This document shows, one piece after another, positions 1 to 12,322 of a stretch of 52,022 bases of DNA. The notes under the pieces are model-generated. The model was not told where the DNA came from. It saw only the letters and a program-made list of their open reading frames with translations, and did not search any database. The stretch spans positions 1 through 52,022 of the forward strand of contig DF237556.1 of assembly GCA_000708835.1 (NCBI GenBank), given 5' to 3'. Made by a program: the position numbers and the translations under genes. Origin of the DNA: Klebsormidium nitens (taxonomy: Eukaryota; Plantae; Klebsormidiophyceae). The first letter of the stretch is position 1, and each line of letters starts with the position of its first letter.

Positions 1-714
1 TGTTCAGCGCCGCTTCATATAAGCTCGATGCTCTGGGCTCCGTGTTTCCGATAACGCGTCAACAGTTCCACTTCGGGAGTTCAGCGAATGGTTAAAAATG
101 ACAAGAGCCGCTACATTGCCGATGCAGGAGCACCCCTAGAAGCACCCCTGCGCTGGAGCGGCATATGGGAAGACAGGCAAGCCGGTTCCGCGCGTCGAAG
201 TCATGGAGCTTGCTGATTGTCTTCTGCATTCGGATGAAAGGACGAGATGCAAAGGCAGCCAAGATTGGAACCGCAAGGTCGTTCGATGCAAGGTAAAAAC
301 TGGGATTGGAGTTCACGCCCTCGACCAAAACTTGAGTCGTTGAAGTTGAACTTCGCGATCACCCAGGCGAGCTGTCTTCTTAATGCGAGCGGCTTTGTTA
401 GACAGCTGGCCAATGATAAATTTGCGCCGCATGGATTTTGCACCCGGCCTTCTTTGTACCCCAGCGACCTTTGCTGTTTGATCGTTCACATGCCCCACTT
501 TGACGGTCAAGGTCTTCCCAAGCAATGACTGCGCAAGAGCCATCTTAATCGAAAACCTGCTATACATGTTGTAAACCTTCATCAAAGGTCTGAAACTGCT
601 TCGCTCCAAAGAACGACCGATAAAGAGAGGGACCTATTCTCACCGAGCTTTGGACGGGGTCGAAGTTGGGGTTCCGCTGGGCTGCAAGGACGAGAGATGT
701 GAATAAGCAAGACA

Positions 715-1206
715 TTGCGCTCACCAAACCTGCTTCAAAAACCTCCAGAAGCCGCACAACAGGATCGCACCATATGGATGGTAAACACTGCCGCAGAAAG
801 GTTACTTGAAGAAGGTCCAAATTGGTCCAAAGTCTGGGGACCTTTGAATCCTTTATCTCACCAGTTGAAACGAGTGTGTCTGCCAGGACCAGTGAGACAG
901 CACGGGGCGTCCCGCTGTAAGTTCCAACGTATGTGCCCGGACGTGGCGGCTTCCAAATGGCTACTCTACTTTCTCAAACCGGGATACCAAGACGATTATC
1001 TGGTCACCAGAAGGGGCGATCCAGCTCATTGCGAGGGATACGGGCTTGAATTTCCCCAGGAACAGTGCACACGTGGCGACTTCCCTGTGCGCGAGGCATA
1101 CATCTACAATGTCCCCAAAGCTCAAAAGCGCGAAGTACGTGGACGTTGGCTTGCATATTATCGCGCACTAGCTAACGAGACTCAGTCCTGCCAGAGGGCG
1201 GCTTGA
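715..1206 (+). CDS. Hypothetical ORF (163 aa, TTG start); may be a fragment or non-coding
   Basis: Open frame of 163 codons; no recognised motif and no splice model found. Confidence 0.15.
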   Translation: MRSPNLLQKPPEAAQQDRTIWMVNTAAERLLEEGPNWSKVWGPLNPLSHQLKRVCLPGPVRQHGASRCKFQRMCPDVAASKWLLYFLKPGYQDDYLVTRRGDPAHCEGYGLEFPQEQCTRGDFPVREAYIYNVPKAQKREVRGRWLAYYRALANETQSCQRAA

Positions 1207-1518
1207 AGACCTGAAGACCAACCAAGAGAGACGCCCAATATATGCAGCTTAGATGTACACACCATCCAATACCCGGCAAGCGCGCGCGCTACGCCTGCTT
1301 ACTAGTGGGCGTTCTAGGACCCGGCCGGAACGCCTGTCATCACGTGAGGACATTGAAGCATGGCGTTTTGGTCCCCAAAAAGTCTGTGCCCTGAGCACCG
1401 GGCCGCCCTGTCATTGTGGCCTGGTGATGACGTTCCGTTACGGTGGAAGCCCTCTAAATTGCAATACCTCCAAAGATCATCGAAAACTTTCAACTGCTCA
1501 AGAAGGTTAGCAGCTTAC

Positions 1519-2595
1519 GGGTGGGTGCCGGAGTAGCCGGGGGCGGGTTGGAGGGGGTAGGCGACCCGCTCGGGTACTTTCCGGATGCACACGTGGCAGC
1601 AGCTCCGTTGGACAGCCCGCACGACTGGCTGTCGCAGCACACGAAGGTGGTGCCAGCATCTCCGAAGCACTGCGGAGAAAACGGCGGCCGGGTACATAGC
1701 GTTTTGGCCTCGTCGTAGCGTGGGCTTCTGTGCTCGAGAAATGACTCCCCTGAAACGCTTGTGCCGATCCGAGGGGTTGAGGAGTGCCGGGGAGGGAGGG
1801 TTCGGCATGATATCAGCAGAATCGACGACAGCAGGTGAGAGATTCAGCTAACGAGAGGATCGCGTCAACATCTGGAGGGGCCCAAACCCAAGTTTGACTG
1901 AGAGAGGGGGGGATGCTACCAACCTGGTTGGGATAGTCGGGATAGGCCGAGCAGTCAGCAGCATCTGCACACAGAACCTGAAATGAGAACTCTCTCACTT
2001 CCTGAAATAATTGGATATTAATCGTCTGACCACGAAGCTGACAGCCAGCTTCTCCGCCGGAACTCTAGCTAGGATCGGAAGCACTTCCTACCGCCTTGCC
2101 ACAGTCCGTCTACAGGGCACTTTGCGGCTACCTTGTGGAGTTTACAGATTGAACCCGAGGCGGTAATATGTCCCATTTTCTCGGTGTCCCCTTGCGAAGA
2201 TCAAGGTCCAGGGTCTTTCAGTTGCAGACCAGTTCGGCTTTTGACAATCTCAGTTAGTAATCTTGTCAAAGCGCTTGAGGCCCATGGTCTCAGAGGATGT
2301 CTTTGTGAATGGTCCAACTCTGTCGCCATCTTAGGACTCTGTGCGGCAGATACGAATGAAACCCTCTTCCAGGGTTACCAACTTCATGCAGAAGCAGGTG
2401 TAGTGAAGAAACGCTGTGCGGAGAGCTATGTACACCACGATCTTGGTGAGCGCCTTCGATCACCGAGCAATATTATACCATCAGAATCTTTGACCTGAGA
2501 TGAAGTCTGGGCGTTCTGGGTGGTTGTGTCTTACATGATTAAACGATGCTTGTACTCAGCAACAGCACAAGGAGGGCAAATGCGGAACCGTTCAT
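1519..2595 (-). CDS. Secreted Cys-rich protein with Pro/Thr-rich tail, 3' end unresolved
   Basis: Exons 2595-2545 (MNGSAFALLVLLLSTSI; weak GTTTAA donor), 1977-1924 (VLCADAADCSAYPDYPNQ) and 1669-1519 (CFGDAGTTFVCCDSQSCGLSNGAAATCASGKYPSGSPTPSNPPPATPAPT, GTAAG donor) join in frame. The Cys module matches the C-terminal module of the 13724-18573 gene. Confidence 0.6.
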
Positions 2596-3959
2596 CTTCA
2601 CCCAGGCGCGCGGGGAAGTGGACCAGCTGTCAGTCTTCAGACTGCACATTTGACACAGCTGTCAGCATTGCCAGTGGGAGAGTCTCAATGAGGACCAGGA
2701 AGCAACTTCGAAGTCAAGGTCTTGAAGAAAAGGCACGGGTGCGGTACTAATCAGCAAGAGCTCAATATTGACCTGCAGATAACTGTGGAACTGAAAATGT
2801 TAACAAAAGCTATAGCAGCAAAGTTCAGGGTACTCAGGAATTCAAACGTTGCCTTCAGCATTTTCGAACACCAGCAGTTTCCAGCTTTAGGGATTGGGAT
2901 TGATTGTGACCCGTGCATCCGCCCAGTGCTGCCACTCAATGCTGATGTCATGCGACGCCATTTGCTGGCGCCTCCTCAATGACCAATGAAGAACCCAACA
3001 GAAAGAAAATGCTGATGCTACAATGATGTGAATACGCTCTCACCTGAAGAACCGCCCTATGCTGCTGGCCGCCCGTTACCCTCGCTTGCGCAAACTTTGC
3101 GCATCACTGTATATACTACCTCTGGGGCGCGTCAGCAAGGGCAGCGCAGCGATCAGAAAAAAGGCGCGTCAACGGCTGCCCCCTTTTGAGAAGGCAAGAT
3201 GCGACTTCCAAGTTAAGCTGAGCATTGCAGGGGGAGTCACAGCTTAGAATGAGGCCAACCTGCTTAGCCTTGTGAATCTAGCTCAGGGACGCTAGTATTC
3301 CCCAGCTTGGCGCCCGTGCGCGTTGGATGCAGCTTACTCTCCCTTCCGCGTGTTCAGACAACCGCAGAATTGAGAGAAGAGTCGTCGCAAGTGTCAAGGA
3401 TGTGAGGTAGCTTCAAGCTGGCTGGTAATGATAACACTCTTCAGGATTCAGCGCATTAACAGGTCATAAACGTCAAAGCGACGTGTAGTCCAGGGACCAG
3501 GACCCCGCCGCAGGTCTTGACAATTAACTGGTCTGACAGGCCGGCCCTTCACACAACAAGCAACAAGCAACACGAAGCGAGGAATGGAGTCAAGCCTAAA
3601 GGGGTTTCTAGTTCAGATCTGACGCTCCGAGTCAAGGCTAGGAGCTGGCCAGAGGCGGCCGCAGCAGCTCAGGACTTCGTTTCAGTTTGAAGCCACACTG
3701 CACAGCCTCAGCTGCAGGGCAGCCAGGGGCGGTGACACCTGCGCAGGAAAAACCTCTGCTGACTCTTGACTCGATTGACATTTCTGTCGCCACCAAGCAA
3801 GGCTGGCCACCGACCCAGTGAGGCTCTGACTGTGGCGACCACCGAAAATCTAGGCATCATGCAATGATCTTGGTCGATCTCAATGTCAACCAATCACAAT
3901 GCGCGTGTACAGCTCTGCTAGATCTGGGGAAGGTACTACCCTACCTACTGGCCAGCGTC

Positions 3960-4563
3960 GCAAGTAGGATACTGGCAACGCTCGCTTGCACTAAAAGCCG
4001 CTTGCACTAAGATACACAACTCCCGGGCACCCAAGCTAAAAACCCGAACCAAACAAATCACGCGCTCCGCACCCGCACCCACCCTAACCACCAAGCTAAC
4101 CCTACCCGTTCCCCGGGTGCTTATCTTAGTGCAAGCTAGCGTTGCCGCGCCGGAATGCAAGTAGGACAAAGTACACTATTATATTAGTGTCTCCGGAATT
4201 TCTTCAGTGTTAGCACCCTCCCGTGCCGCGACCATAAAATTGATAAATGAACAGGTCGTTGAAGCTGGCCGGTAGGTACCACACCTGCACAGCGGTCATC
4301 CGGGCACTTGTTATCGCCCGGCCGGGTAGCTGGACGACGGGCAAACCTTCCCGGCAGTGTCACCGGGAAAATTGAGGGGTCTCCGGGATGTACTCGGTAC
4401 CATGCCGGTGCCCGGTCGAGGAGGACCGGAGTCCTGCATCCAAGCAAACAGATCATTCTGACACATGTCAACAGTCAGACCATCAATTGACGCCCTGTGA
4501 AAGTATTTACTCTGACAGATCGACCGGAGACACTAATATAATTGTGTAGATTGTCCCTTTTGC
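3960..4563. mobile_element. Non-autonomous Mutator-like MITE (element D), interrupted by element A
   Basis: About 40-bp imperfect TIRs: GCAAGTAGGACAAAGTACACTATTATATTAGTGTCTCCGG versus the reverse complement of the right end GCAAAAGGGACAATCTACACAATTATATTAGTGTCTCCGG. 9-bp flanking repeat GCCAGCGTC (3951-3959) / GCCAGTGTC (4564-4572). Confidence 0.75.
3969..4156 (-). mobile_element. G-rich-core MITE, copy A
   Basis: Inverted arms GCTTGCACTAAGATA / TATCTTAGTGCAAGC; direct repeat GCAAGTAGG(A) at 3960-3969 and 4157-4166; core homologous to 29201-29388 and 42833-43031. Confidence 0.8.
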
Positions 4564-6313
4564 GCCAGTGTCTGATTGGCTGATCCTAGCCTGAGGAACG
4601 TGTCCCCATCCTCCAGGCTCCGATCTGCTGGCTTTCAAGTTTTAACGTGGTCCACTCATAGAAATATCACCTACTCTCGATGGTGACATTGTCTGACACA
4701 TACAAACAAGGTACAAACATTTAACAGACGTATGTTGCGTTCACGTTCCTGTTTACCGACCGGGGATCTCCAGGCCGGCTACTTTGATAGTACCGGTATG
4801 AATGGGATGAACCGATCTCGATGCTAGCCCTAACTAATAAAGAAGCGGGCATCGAAACCTGATTTTATTTAGACCTCCATTGCTTTGAAAGCAGTTAAAT
4901 AGGTAGGTACCGTAGTCGGAAGTTTGACAAACCACGAGTCGAGGGTCGCGAAACACAACCATCAAGTAAATAATCTGGACTAAAACTTTGGGTCGAGCGC
5001 GGGGCTCCGCACACCGGGCCCAAGGCCCCGGGGCCCCGCGCTCTCTACTGGATTGGGTGATGATTGGGATATTACGCTATTGCATTGAGTCTTGACTATC
5101 TAAAAAGTGCGGGGGGACTCCGATGACGACATTCTTGAATGAATGGCGCACATTGGTACAAGTTGAAACAACCCATGTATTACGGCAGCTGGGTAGCCTG
5201 GGGCCCTGGGCCCTGGAGGCTGGTACCCGTTGGCAAATTTGCGCCTGCGGCCTTTGAGAGGTGGGCACTACTGCCACTGCCAGCACGGGTACGTCGGAGG
5301 TGGGCGCTTTTAGGTTTAGGTTTTTGGATCTCATTTTACAACGTCCGGGCACAATCAGTCCTGTTCTGAGAATTTATGAACATGCTCAAGTTCGTCAAGA
5401 AGGAATCGGAAAGAGTCCAGTGAGTCGAGACCGGCCACCCGTAACCCTCAGCCTATAGCTAGCTGACGTATACGTACCAGCTCCATTATGCTGAGCTCAC
5501 AATCCGTTCGTGCCGCATCATGTGGGTTACAGTCGGCAAACTAACGCGGGCCCGCTGATTTTGCCACTCGCGTGAGAGCTCAGAAATCTACGGTCGATGG
5601 TTGGCCAGTAGCACGTCATACTAGTACATAGTACTTACTACTTTAAGTGTGCTTCATGTGTCTCAGGCTCTGCCAATCACAGTAAGTACTAAGCAGTACC
5701 CGGCCCCTGGTAAGTGATTACACTGATCGAATTGATATTAGTAGGTGATTAATCTTGCAGTTGGACCATGCTCAGCGGGTATATTATACCAGTTTGTTAG
5801 TACCGCTACATGATGGAAACACCTATGTCGACAATGTGTCTGAGTGATCGAAAGGCTGGACAGAGCTATCTACTTGGGGCCGCAGTTTCTGGTGAATTGA
5901 GGCAAAGTGACTTGATTGATCACATTGGTAGGTTTAGCTCGGCTGTCACGTCAGACGTCTAGCTATACAAGAGCTCATATAGGCGCTGTTAGTACAGCTG
6001 GGACTCGAGGATCCACAGTGCCGCGCTTGAGTGCCGCGCTTGAATGCAGACAGCGCATGTGGGTTCTGTCACACACAATTCAAGCTGCTCACAAACACCG
6101 AAGGTGATATCTTTCCAGAATCGGACTAGTAGTCAGAAAGTCGAATATTTTCTCACAGCTCCAGACATCCGCATCGTTGATCATGAGCAATAATTTCTCT
6201 TCTATCAATCGCAGGCACCACCGTCGTGACCTCACAGCTTGATGCGCCCACTTGCTAGATACTAAGCCGCTAACTCTATCTGCACTGAAGCAATCCTTTT
6301 TGGGTGGAGAAAA

Positions 6314-6457
6314 ATGGCGCACCTCGCGGCAGGTCCCTGTTTCCGCGGACTCGCAGCTGCGCTGCTGACGTTGCTGTGCGCGTCCAGCGCTGCTAATTAT
6401 TAAGGCAAGCGCTCAGGGCATCAACCCCGCCCCTTCAAGTGGCCTGGGAGCCAACCC
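6314..6457 (+). pseudogene. Orphan, frame-broken paralogue of exon 1 of the Cys-rich AGP-like gene
   Basis: ATGGCGCACCTCGCG... aligns with 13724-13860, with a similar upstream leader and the same CC|GTAAG donor. Extra AT-rich bases at about 6395-6410 break the frame and give TAA at 6401. No downstream exons found. Confidence 0.75.
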
Positions 6458-8370
6458 GTAAGTGCTAGCTCCGTCATTACAAGGCTGCAATCTTCTCCAA
6501 CCCAACTTTGCATGCACGGACTGTCCTGCAGTTCAGAGTGAAAAGATAAACAGGAGGTCGATTTTCAAAGTAGTGGCGAGCGGCCGAGTTCGTTTTGTTA
6601 TACGTACACACTTCTGACTCTCAGAGGTCGCTGAATAAAATATTGACATATGACGTTGCGATCACTGTCTTTGAACGGAAGGCCTTCCGCTGGCTGAGGG
6701 CGTAGAGTTCCAGACTAAGACAGCGGATTCGTTAAGAACGCGAACGGAAGGAGCAGGCTAATTAGCCCCAGAAAGAGTGCCATGCAATTCAGATGCCAAT
6801 TAAAGGCGTTCAAGGGGACCGACTTAGATAAACAAGTAGGTGCCGATGCGGATCAGTGGGGTGATATCTGTTAGGAGAGCGTAATCAGGTTGAGAATGTT
6901 GCATAAACGGTCGTAGAATTCGCGTAGAAGTAGCTGATAGACGAGCAGCCCACAAGCCTCCAAGCTGGCTGAATGCATTGAGCATATACGTGCGGATCAT
7001 TTGAATAATTAGTTTAGCTGAGGTCTGTTGTTTGAGTTTTGTGTACGTGCGCCGGAAACCCTTGAAATGTTTCTTGTCCTCGCTCGGAACGACTATCATG
7101 GCATCGATCCTAGAGACACTTCAATTTGATTGGGTTTCCATTGAGAAACTCTTTCTGCTTCTGGGTCAGAAAACACTCAGTATTCGCAAGTCAGATAATC
7201 CACAACGCGTTACTTAAGTCACAATCACATGCAGCTAGTATCTTCATGAAATATCGTGAAAGCTCATGATGACGGTACGTTCATGGAAAGCGGATCAAAT
7301 GTTGGAGATGCCCTTCATACTGCATTCATTTCTTAGCTATCCTTTTAAAGTCAACCGTTCAACAATTCTCGGCCAGGCCAAGGCGCCAGCTTGAAAGTCA
7401 GGCCTTGCGGCCAACGACAGCGCCGCGGAACCGCGCGAACAGTTCGCTACCGTGTTGGAAAACAGTCGTGGGATTTCCAAAACCCGCAAAAAGTTAGTTA
7501 GTCAACTTGCAGTATATAACCGTCTAAGTCTGGACCCTATCTGCGCTTTGTACTGTAACAAGCTTGCGAAGTAGCGCTACTAGCATTCTTGATAGATGCT
7601 AACTTTTCCGCATACGTGGCACGTCTGTCTCTTATCAATTGTCTTCAGCCTCTCAGATCACTCTTAAAATCCAACCAAGAAGATCCTGAATGATTCTTAT
7701 TTCGATCCGGCGCCGCATCTAAACAGTTCCTCGCCAGAACGAGCTTCAGTTTCCCCTTGTAAGTGAATAAGCCGCTCGTCTGCATCCTTGCGAGCGCTCT
7801 CGAGGGCGCCCGCTGAGTTCTTCGGGTTGAGTCCGTCGAGTTGAGTCCGAAGAGCCAAAACGTCACAGTTCAAACTTGCGAATCTGCAAGCATGATTGTC
7901 CGGCTGTAAGACGACATCCAACAACTCTGAGCACAAAGTTCACAGAGGGCGAAGTAATGAGGCTCGCTTCCTACAGCCTTCTGCGAAGTTCAAGCTCAGT
8001 ATAAAGGGGAGACCTGGGAATGCGCGAAGTCTTGACACAAGTGTTTCATGAAAGCTCTCACGGGACCAGATCGACGCTGGTAACTGGGCTCTTCTCATCA
8101 GAGCTGACCGGTCGCACACAAAGCACCAAATTGCAGCCTTCCGTAAAGGCGACGAGGAACTTCGGAAGGCTAGCACGGCTGCGCCCTTCAAAGGCTTCGA
8201 CTGAGTACCCACGTACCTGGCGCCAAATCCTCAGAGAAACTTGCAAAAAGCACCGAGACAATTTCAGCAGTGTCGTCAGCCCCTCCGCATAGGCGCGCGC
8301 GCGCGCGCAGTGCCATCTCCGGTACCGCCCATCTCTAGTTCCTTCCAATGCTTCCGTGTCGGACATCCAC

Positions 8371-8399
8371 CCAATTAATCATGGGGCGCGATTAATTGG
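8371..8399. repeat. Perfect 10-bp hairpin
   Basis: CCAATTAATC-atggggcgc-GATTAATTGG. Confidence 0.6.
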
Positions 8400-11300
8400 A
8401 ATTCCAAACCATCCCCCTGGTGTAAATGCACTCTTCCAGCTGCCGGACGCTCGCTTGATGCCGTCAGCTCGGCCGGGTTTGAGAGTTTCTACTCCCCGCC
8501 AGCCTCAGTAAAAAGCTAGCCTCGTTGACGGTGCCCGTGAGGGCGGACTTGGCAGCTCCTGCGCCGGTGATCTGGATAGAGAGGTCCGTTTTGGGGACCT
8601 CATCACACTACCCAAATTGATGTCAACGGGGCTCAAGGGCTTTGGAGAATTGATACGGGATGTGGTCAAGAGCACGCGCGAGCACCGCCGGCGCTTCATT
8701 TGGCCGCGGTCTATGGAATCCTCAATCTGCACTTGCATCCCCTCCTCTGGTGCCCTCGGCGTCCGTTCGGACAAGCTGCCGGGTCGTCTCCCTCCTGCCA
8801 GACGTGCAAAAGCGCCACGTGCGCGAACTCGAGCTGGCCCGCTGCGTACTTATCTTGTTCTCTTACTTTACTAGTTCACACGGATCTGACGTGCTCCCAC
8901 GTTGTCACCGTAATTTGGCCGCTTGAAAACCTCTAGATGAGCACAGAAGCATACAAGTACTCGTCAGCACGACGCAGTTTTCAATCACTGGCACGTTGGC
9001 CGGCTGCCACGTCAGCCCCAGGTTGACGAGCGTCTGCTTCGAGTCTTGGACGCTTTGTTAATTTCTACGGACCACTCCAGGCTCTCGGAAGTAAACCCTG
9101 TCGCCATTTCCTTGTTCTGAAGCGTGGTTTCCAAGTAATTGCAGTACGAGCTTGCACGTATGCCAGGGAGCCAATTTCTGACGACGGGGACAAAAGGCGC
9201 CTTGGGCCAACTAAAAGGCCGGGAGACAGGCTGGAATATTCGCATCTGCCTTTATGCTTATACGGATCATGAAATGCAGGCGAACGGTGCTCAAGGAGCA
9301 AACCATCAATAGAATAGGATGAGAGATACGAAAGCGAAAAGCAGAATCAAAAGCGCAAGGCAACAGACTAATCGATTGGAAATGGAGTCAGACTGCAGGA
9401 AGACCGAACGGGCGCGAAAGATTCAAAAGATGACGACAGTGGAAACGGAATTGACGGCCGTGATCAACCCAGAACAGGAAGACGAACCAGAACGGGAAGT
9501 GGGGACATAACAAGCTGCAGAATTCCATAAGGCCCCAGGCCGCCAAAGCAAGCCGGATACTGGTGGGCAATCCCCCTCTCAAAGTCAGATGGCCCTTGGA
9601 CCGCCTACGATGAGAAGGCTGGCCAGACTACTAGCAAGAGCGCCAAGTATTGTAGCATCGAAAACGGGGGGACTATTGAAAGGCAAACGGCAGAGTTTGT
9701 TACCAGCTTTGAGCCAAAAAGTGTAGACGAAGGAGCGTGGAATAAAAGGACAGATTACATATTGACGTAGTGCCCGTAGCCGAGGCGCCAAGCAGGGCTT
9801 GAGCAAGTTATTGACCCAGCACGCACGCTGAGACTACTTTTGGGCAGGACGAAGTGACCCTGACATGTTCGAACGTGTTCACAAAGTGTCTGGTTCAAAC
9901 AGAGACTTGTTTCCAAACAGAGTCCGGACATGGTCCGAGCCTGATCCACATCTAGTTTGAGTGACGCAATTTATGAGGCTGCACCGATCTGAATGTGTCC
10001 GAACTGGATTCGAACTTCTCCGAACCAGACACAAACGGCACTTCAATCCGGAATTTCAATTTGACTTGGTTCGGACAAAGCACAATCGGACTCTGCCAAA
10101 ACTAGCATCCGGATGATTCAGTGTCCGTCAATGTCAACCTTTGTTGACATTGGCAGTACGTCACGGTGTTGCCTTGATCCAATGTCTCAGATATGTAAGA
10201 GTCCAATCTCGCACTCGTCGGTCCTGAACAGACCTCTCGTAACGGAAGAGCGACACAACAGTCCGCCTGCTCTGTGAAACCCGCTGAGCGCCTTGCACTT
10301 TGGTAACAAGCAAATTTATGAGAGCCCAGCGCCCCCACGCAAGCATCAAGGACAGCGGAGCCGAGAAAAGCCGAGCCACCGGACTGAGGTGAGCAGTACG
10401 TCCTTTCGGATTCATTGAGAAGCCGTATTTTTTCCTGAAGAAGATAAGCAACGTAATAAGAACAGTTATTGTCAGGTCTGATGAGACAAGGCTGTTCTTG
10501 CAAGCTTCCTAGTAGTCTCTGTCTCGAGTCACTGAAGGGGCAACTGCTCGCTTTGACTTTGATTCAACGAAGAGTCAAGGACTTTAGCATTTTTCCTGCG
10601 CTTCGATGTAGTAAACGAGCTCATCAGTACAATCTCATAAGGACAACAGTAGGTTCTGGGTCGAGGTCGAAGAGCAATTCTGTTTTCCGAAGCTTTGTGA
10701 CGCCACTGTCGCTCAGGCATTGGGGCGTGTCCAGGCCCTCCTGTCGTTCATTCCAACACCCTGGAGTCTGGATTGACCGACAGGTTAAGAGTACTGGCGA
10801 ACGGCCCTCTCTCACACACTCCCTTGGTTTCAGTAAGTGTTTTTATAGCAAGCTCTCGAGAAACAAGCCCCGCGTCAAAAGCCCCGCGTCTCTCCGGAGT
10901 CTCTCCGCTCCGACAGCCTTCCAGCTAGGGAAACCAGAACCCGAACCGGAATTGAGAAGAGTCCTGATCAGTTCAACCTTTGGCAGGCAGCTAGCTTGGC
11001 GCACTGGTCCACTACCAAGCCTCGGTCGTACAACCAGGCTTGGGTTCCCAGGTTCCGTCCTGAATTGAGTTTCTGCCAGCCTAGTTCGCGTTATTCAGGT
11101 AACACCTTGTGTAACCAGTCCAGGGCCCGATCACGTGCGCCCAATTCCTCGTGGCATGTTTTGAGTATCTATGGGGGTTTGAGTAGAGAGAGGGAAACAA
11201 AAGGGTAGAAAACGTTAACAAAGCAACGTCATGAAACTTTACGTTCGAGGTGCTTAAGGTACTTCTGGTCGTTATCTTGTGGAAAAGCTTTAGCGAGCGA

Positions 11301-11917
11301 GACATTGAAGACTAGTCAGCAAAGGAGGGAGACAAACAAGACTGTGTCGAATAGAGTTGATCGACTTCGACTGTACAGAAACTCAAGCAGAAAAAAACGA
11401 AAAAGCGCAAGATGAAGGTGCTTTACAAGCATGACAATGACTTGAGGCCGCGTGACAGAGACGGGACCAGAACATAGTCGAGTCAGGAGGGAAGAAGAAA
11501 GGGGGCCACGTCTTCAATGGAATTGCCCCAACAATTTCTCTTCGAAGTTGGCCTTTAGGGTGCTTCTTGTGTCTCCCCATAATGATGTGTAAGCACACAT
11601 TCCTACACACTCGGAGCGCTCGGCTCGTGTTTATTTAGGCGATTAGACAGGGAGTAAGGAGCAAGGGAGAAGAAGCACCGTCTCTACTATGTCGAGTCGG
11701 AAGTCAGAAGACTCTCGCTTCAACTCGTACGTATCAAACAACCAGCGGTCTGCAGCGCTTTTCTTTTCAGCATAGGAACTGACTATGATGAATGCACATC
11801 TCAACTAGATTTACAACGTCGGTGCCGCGTACCTCAATTCTTGAGGATGCAGGCTAAAAGGAACAATGAAATTCGAACCTTGCACATCTCGCAAAGAGGG
11901 AAAGAGGGAGCGCCGAC

Positions 11918-12085
11918 CTTGAACGATGGTGCCAGCGTGAGGAGATGAGGAGAAATTTCCTGACTGGATAAGATCGTCTTATTCATCTGCTCGAATTCAC
12001 GCAGCTCAGTGGCCTCCGGATTCCGCGACCTGGTCCATGCACGCCAGCGCCGGCGACGGCCAACGGGCCTCTGCACAGCGCCTTC
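11918..12085 (-). pseudogene. Decayed copy of LACS exon 21
   Basis: Minus strand ...GGCGCTGTGC...CATGGACCAGGTCGC...GAGGCC..AGCTGCG...TTCGAGCA...CTCCTCACGC...CGTTCAAG|GT aligns with 22085-21909, including the donor; contains indels. Confidence 0.7.
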
Positions 12086-12322
12086 AACAGACGCTCGCCT
12101 CAGCTCTCGATGCTCTCAAATCAGACCCCTTCAATAAGGGAGGACGACGTGGGACATGTCCCACACGGCGACCAGATGCCTGATTTACTTTTTTTGGTAG
12201 TCGCTCGGGAAATTCCACGTGGGCTGATTCTGCAGCGACGGCCGGCAGCCGATGCAAGTTGTTTAGAATCAGATGTCGCCGCGAGCCAAATTTAGACGCC
12301 CTGCTCTAAAATACCTATGCAG

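Noticed and set aside
2130-2500. piggyBac-like phrase (SETMGLKRFDKI) and TTAA sites in the intron
   Set aside because: Frames are full of stops, there is no DDD motif and no CCY termini; the resemblance is too short.
4995-5043. 11-bp GC hairpin as a Helitron 3' end
   Set aside because: No CTRR terminus at the expected distance on either strand.
5190-5360. Possible fourth G-rich-core element (TTTTAGGTTTAGGTTTTTGG)
   Set aside because: Only weak core resemblance; no convincing arms or TSD.
6824-7099. hAT dimerisation-like ORF (HFKGFRRTYTKLK)
   Set aside because: The SER-F-S motif is not conserved and there are no termini; not supportable without a search.
7697-8366. Possible two-exon gene fragment on the minus strand
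   Set aside because: Splice phases could not be reconciled and there is no recognisable domain.
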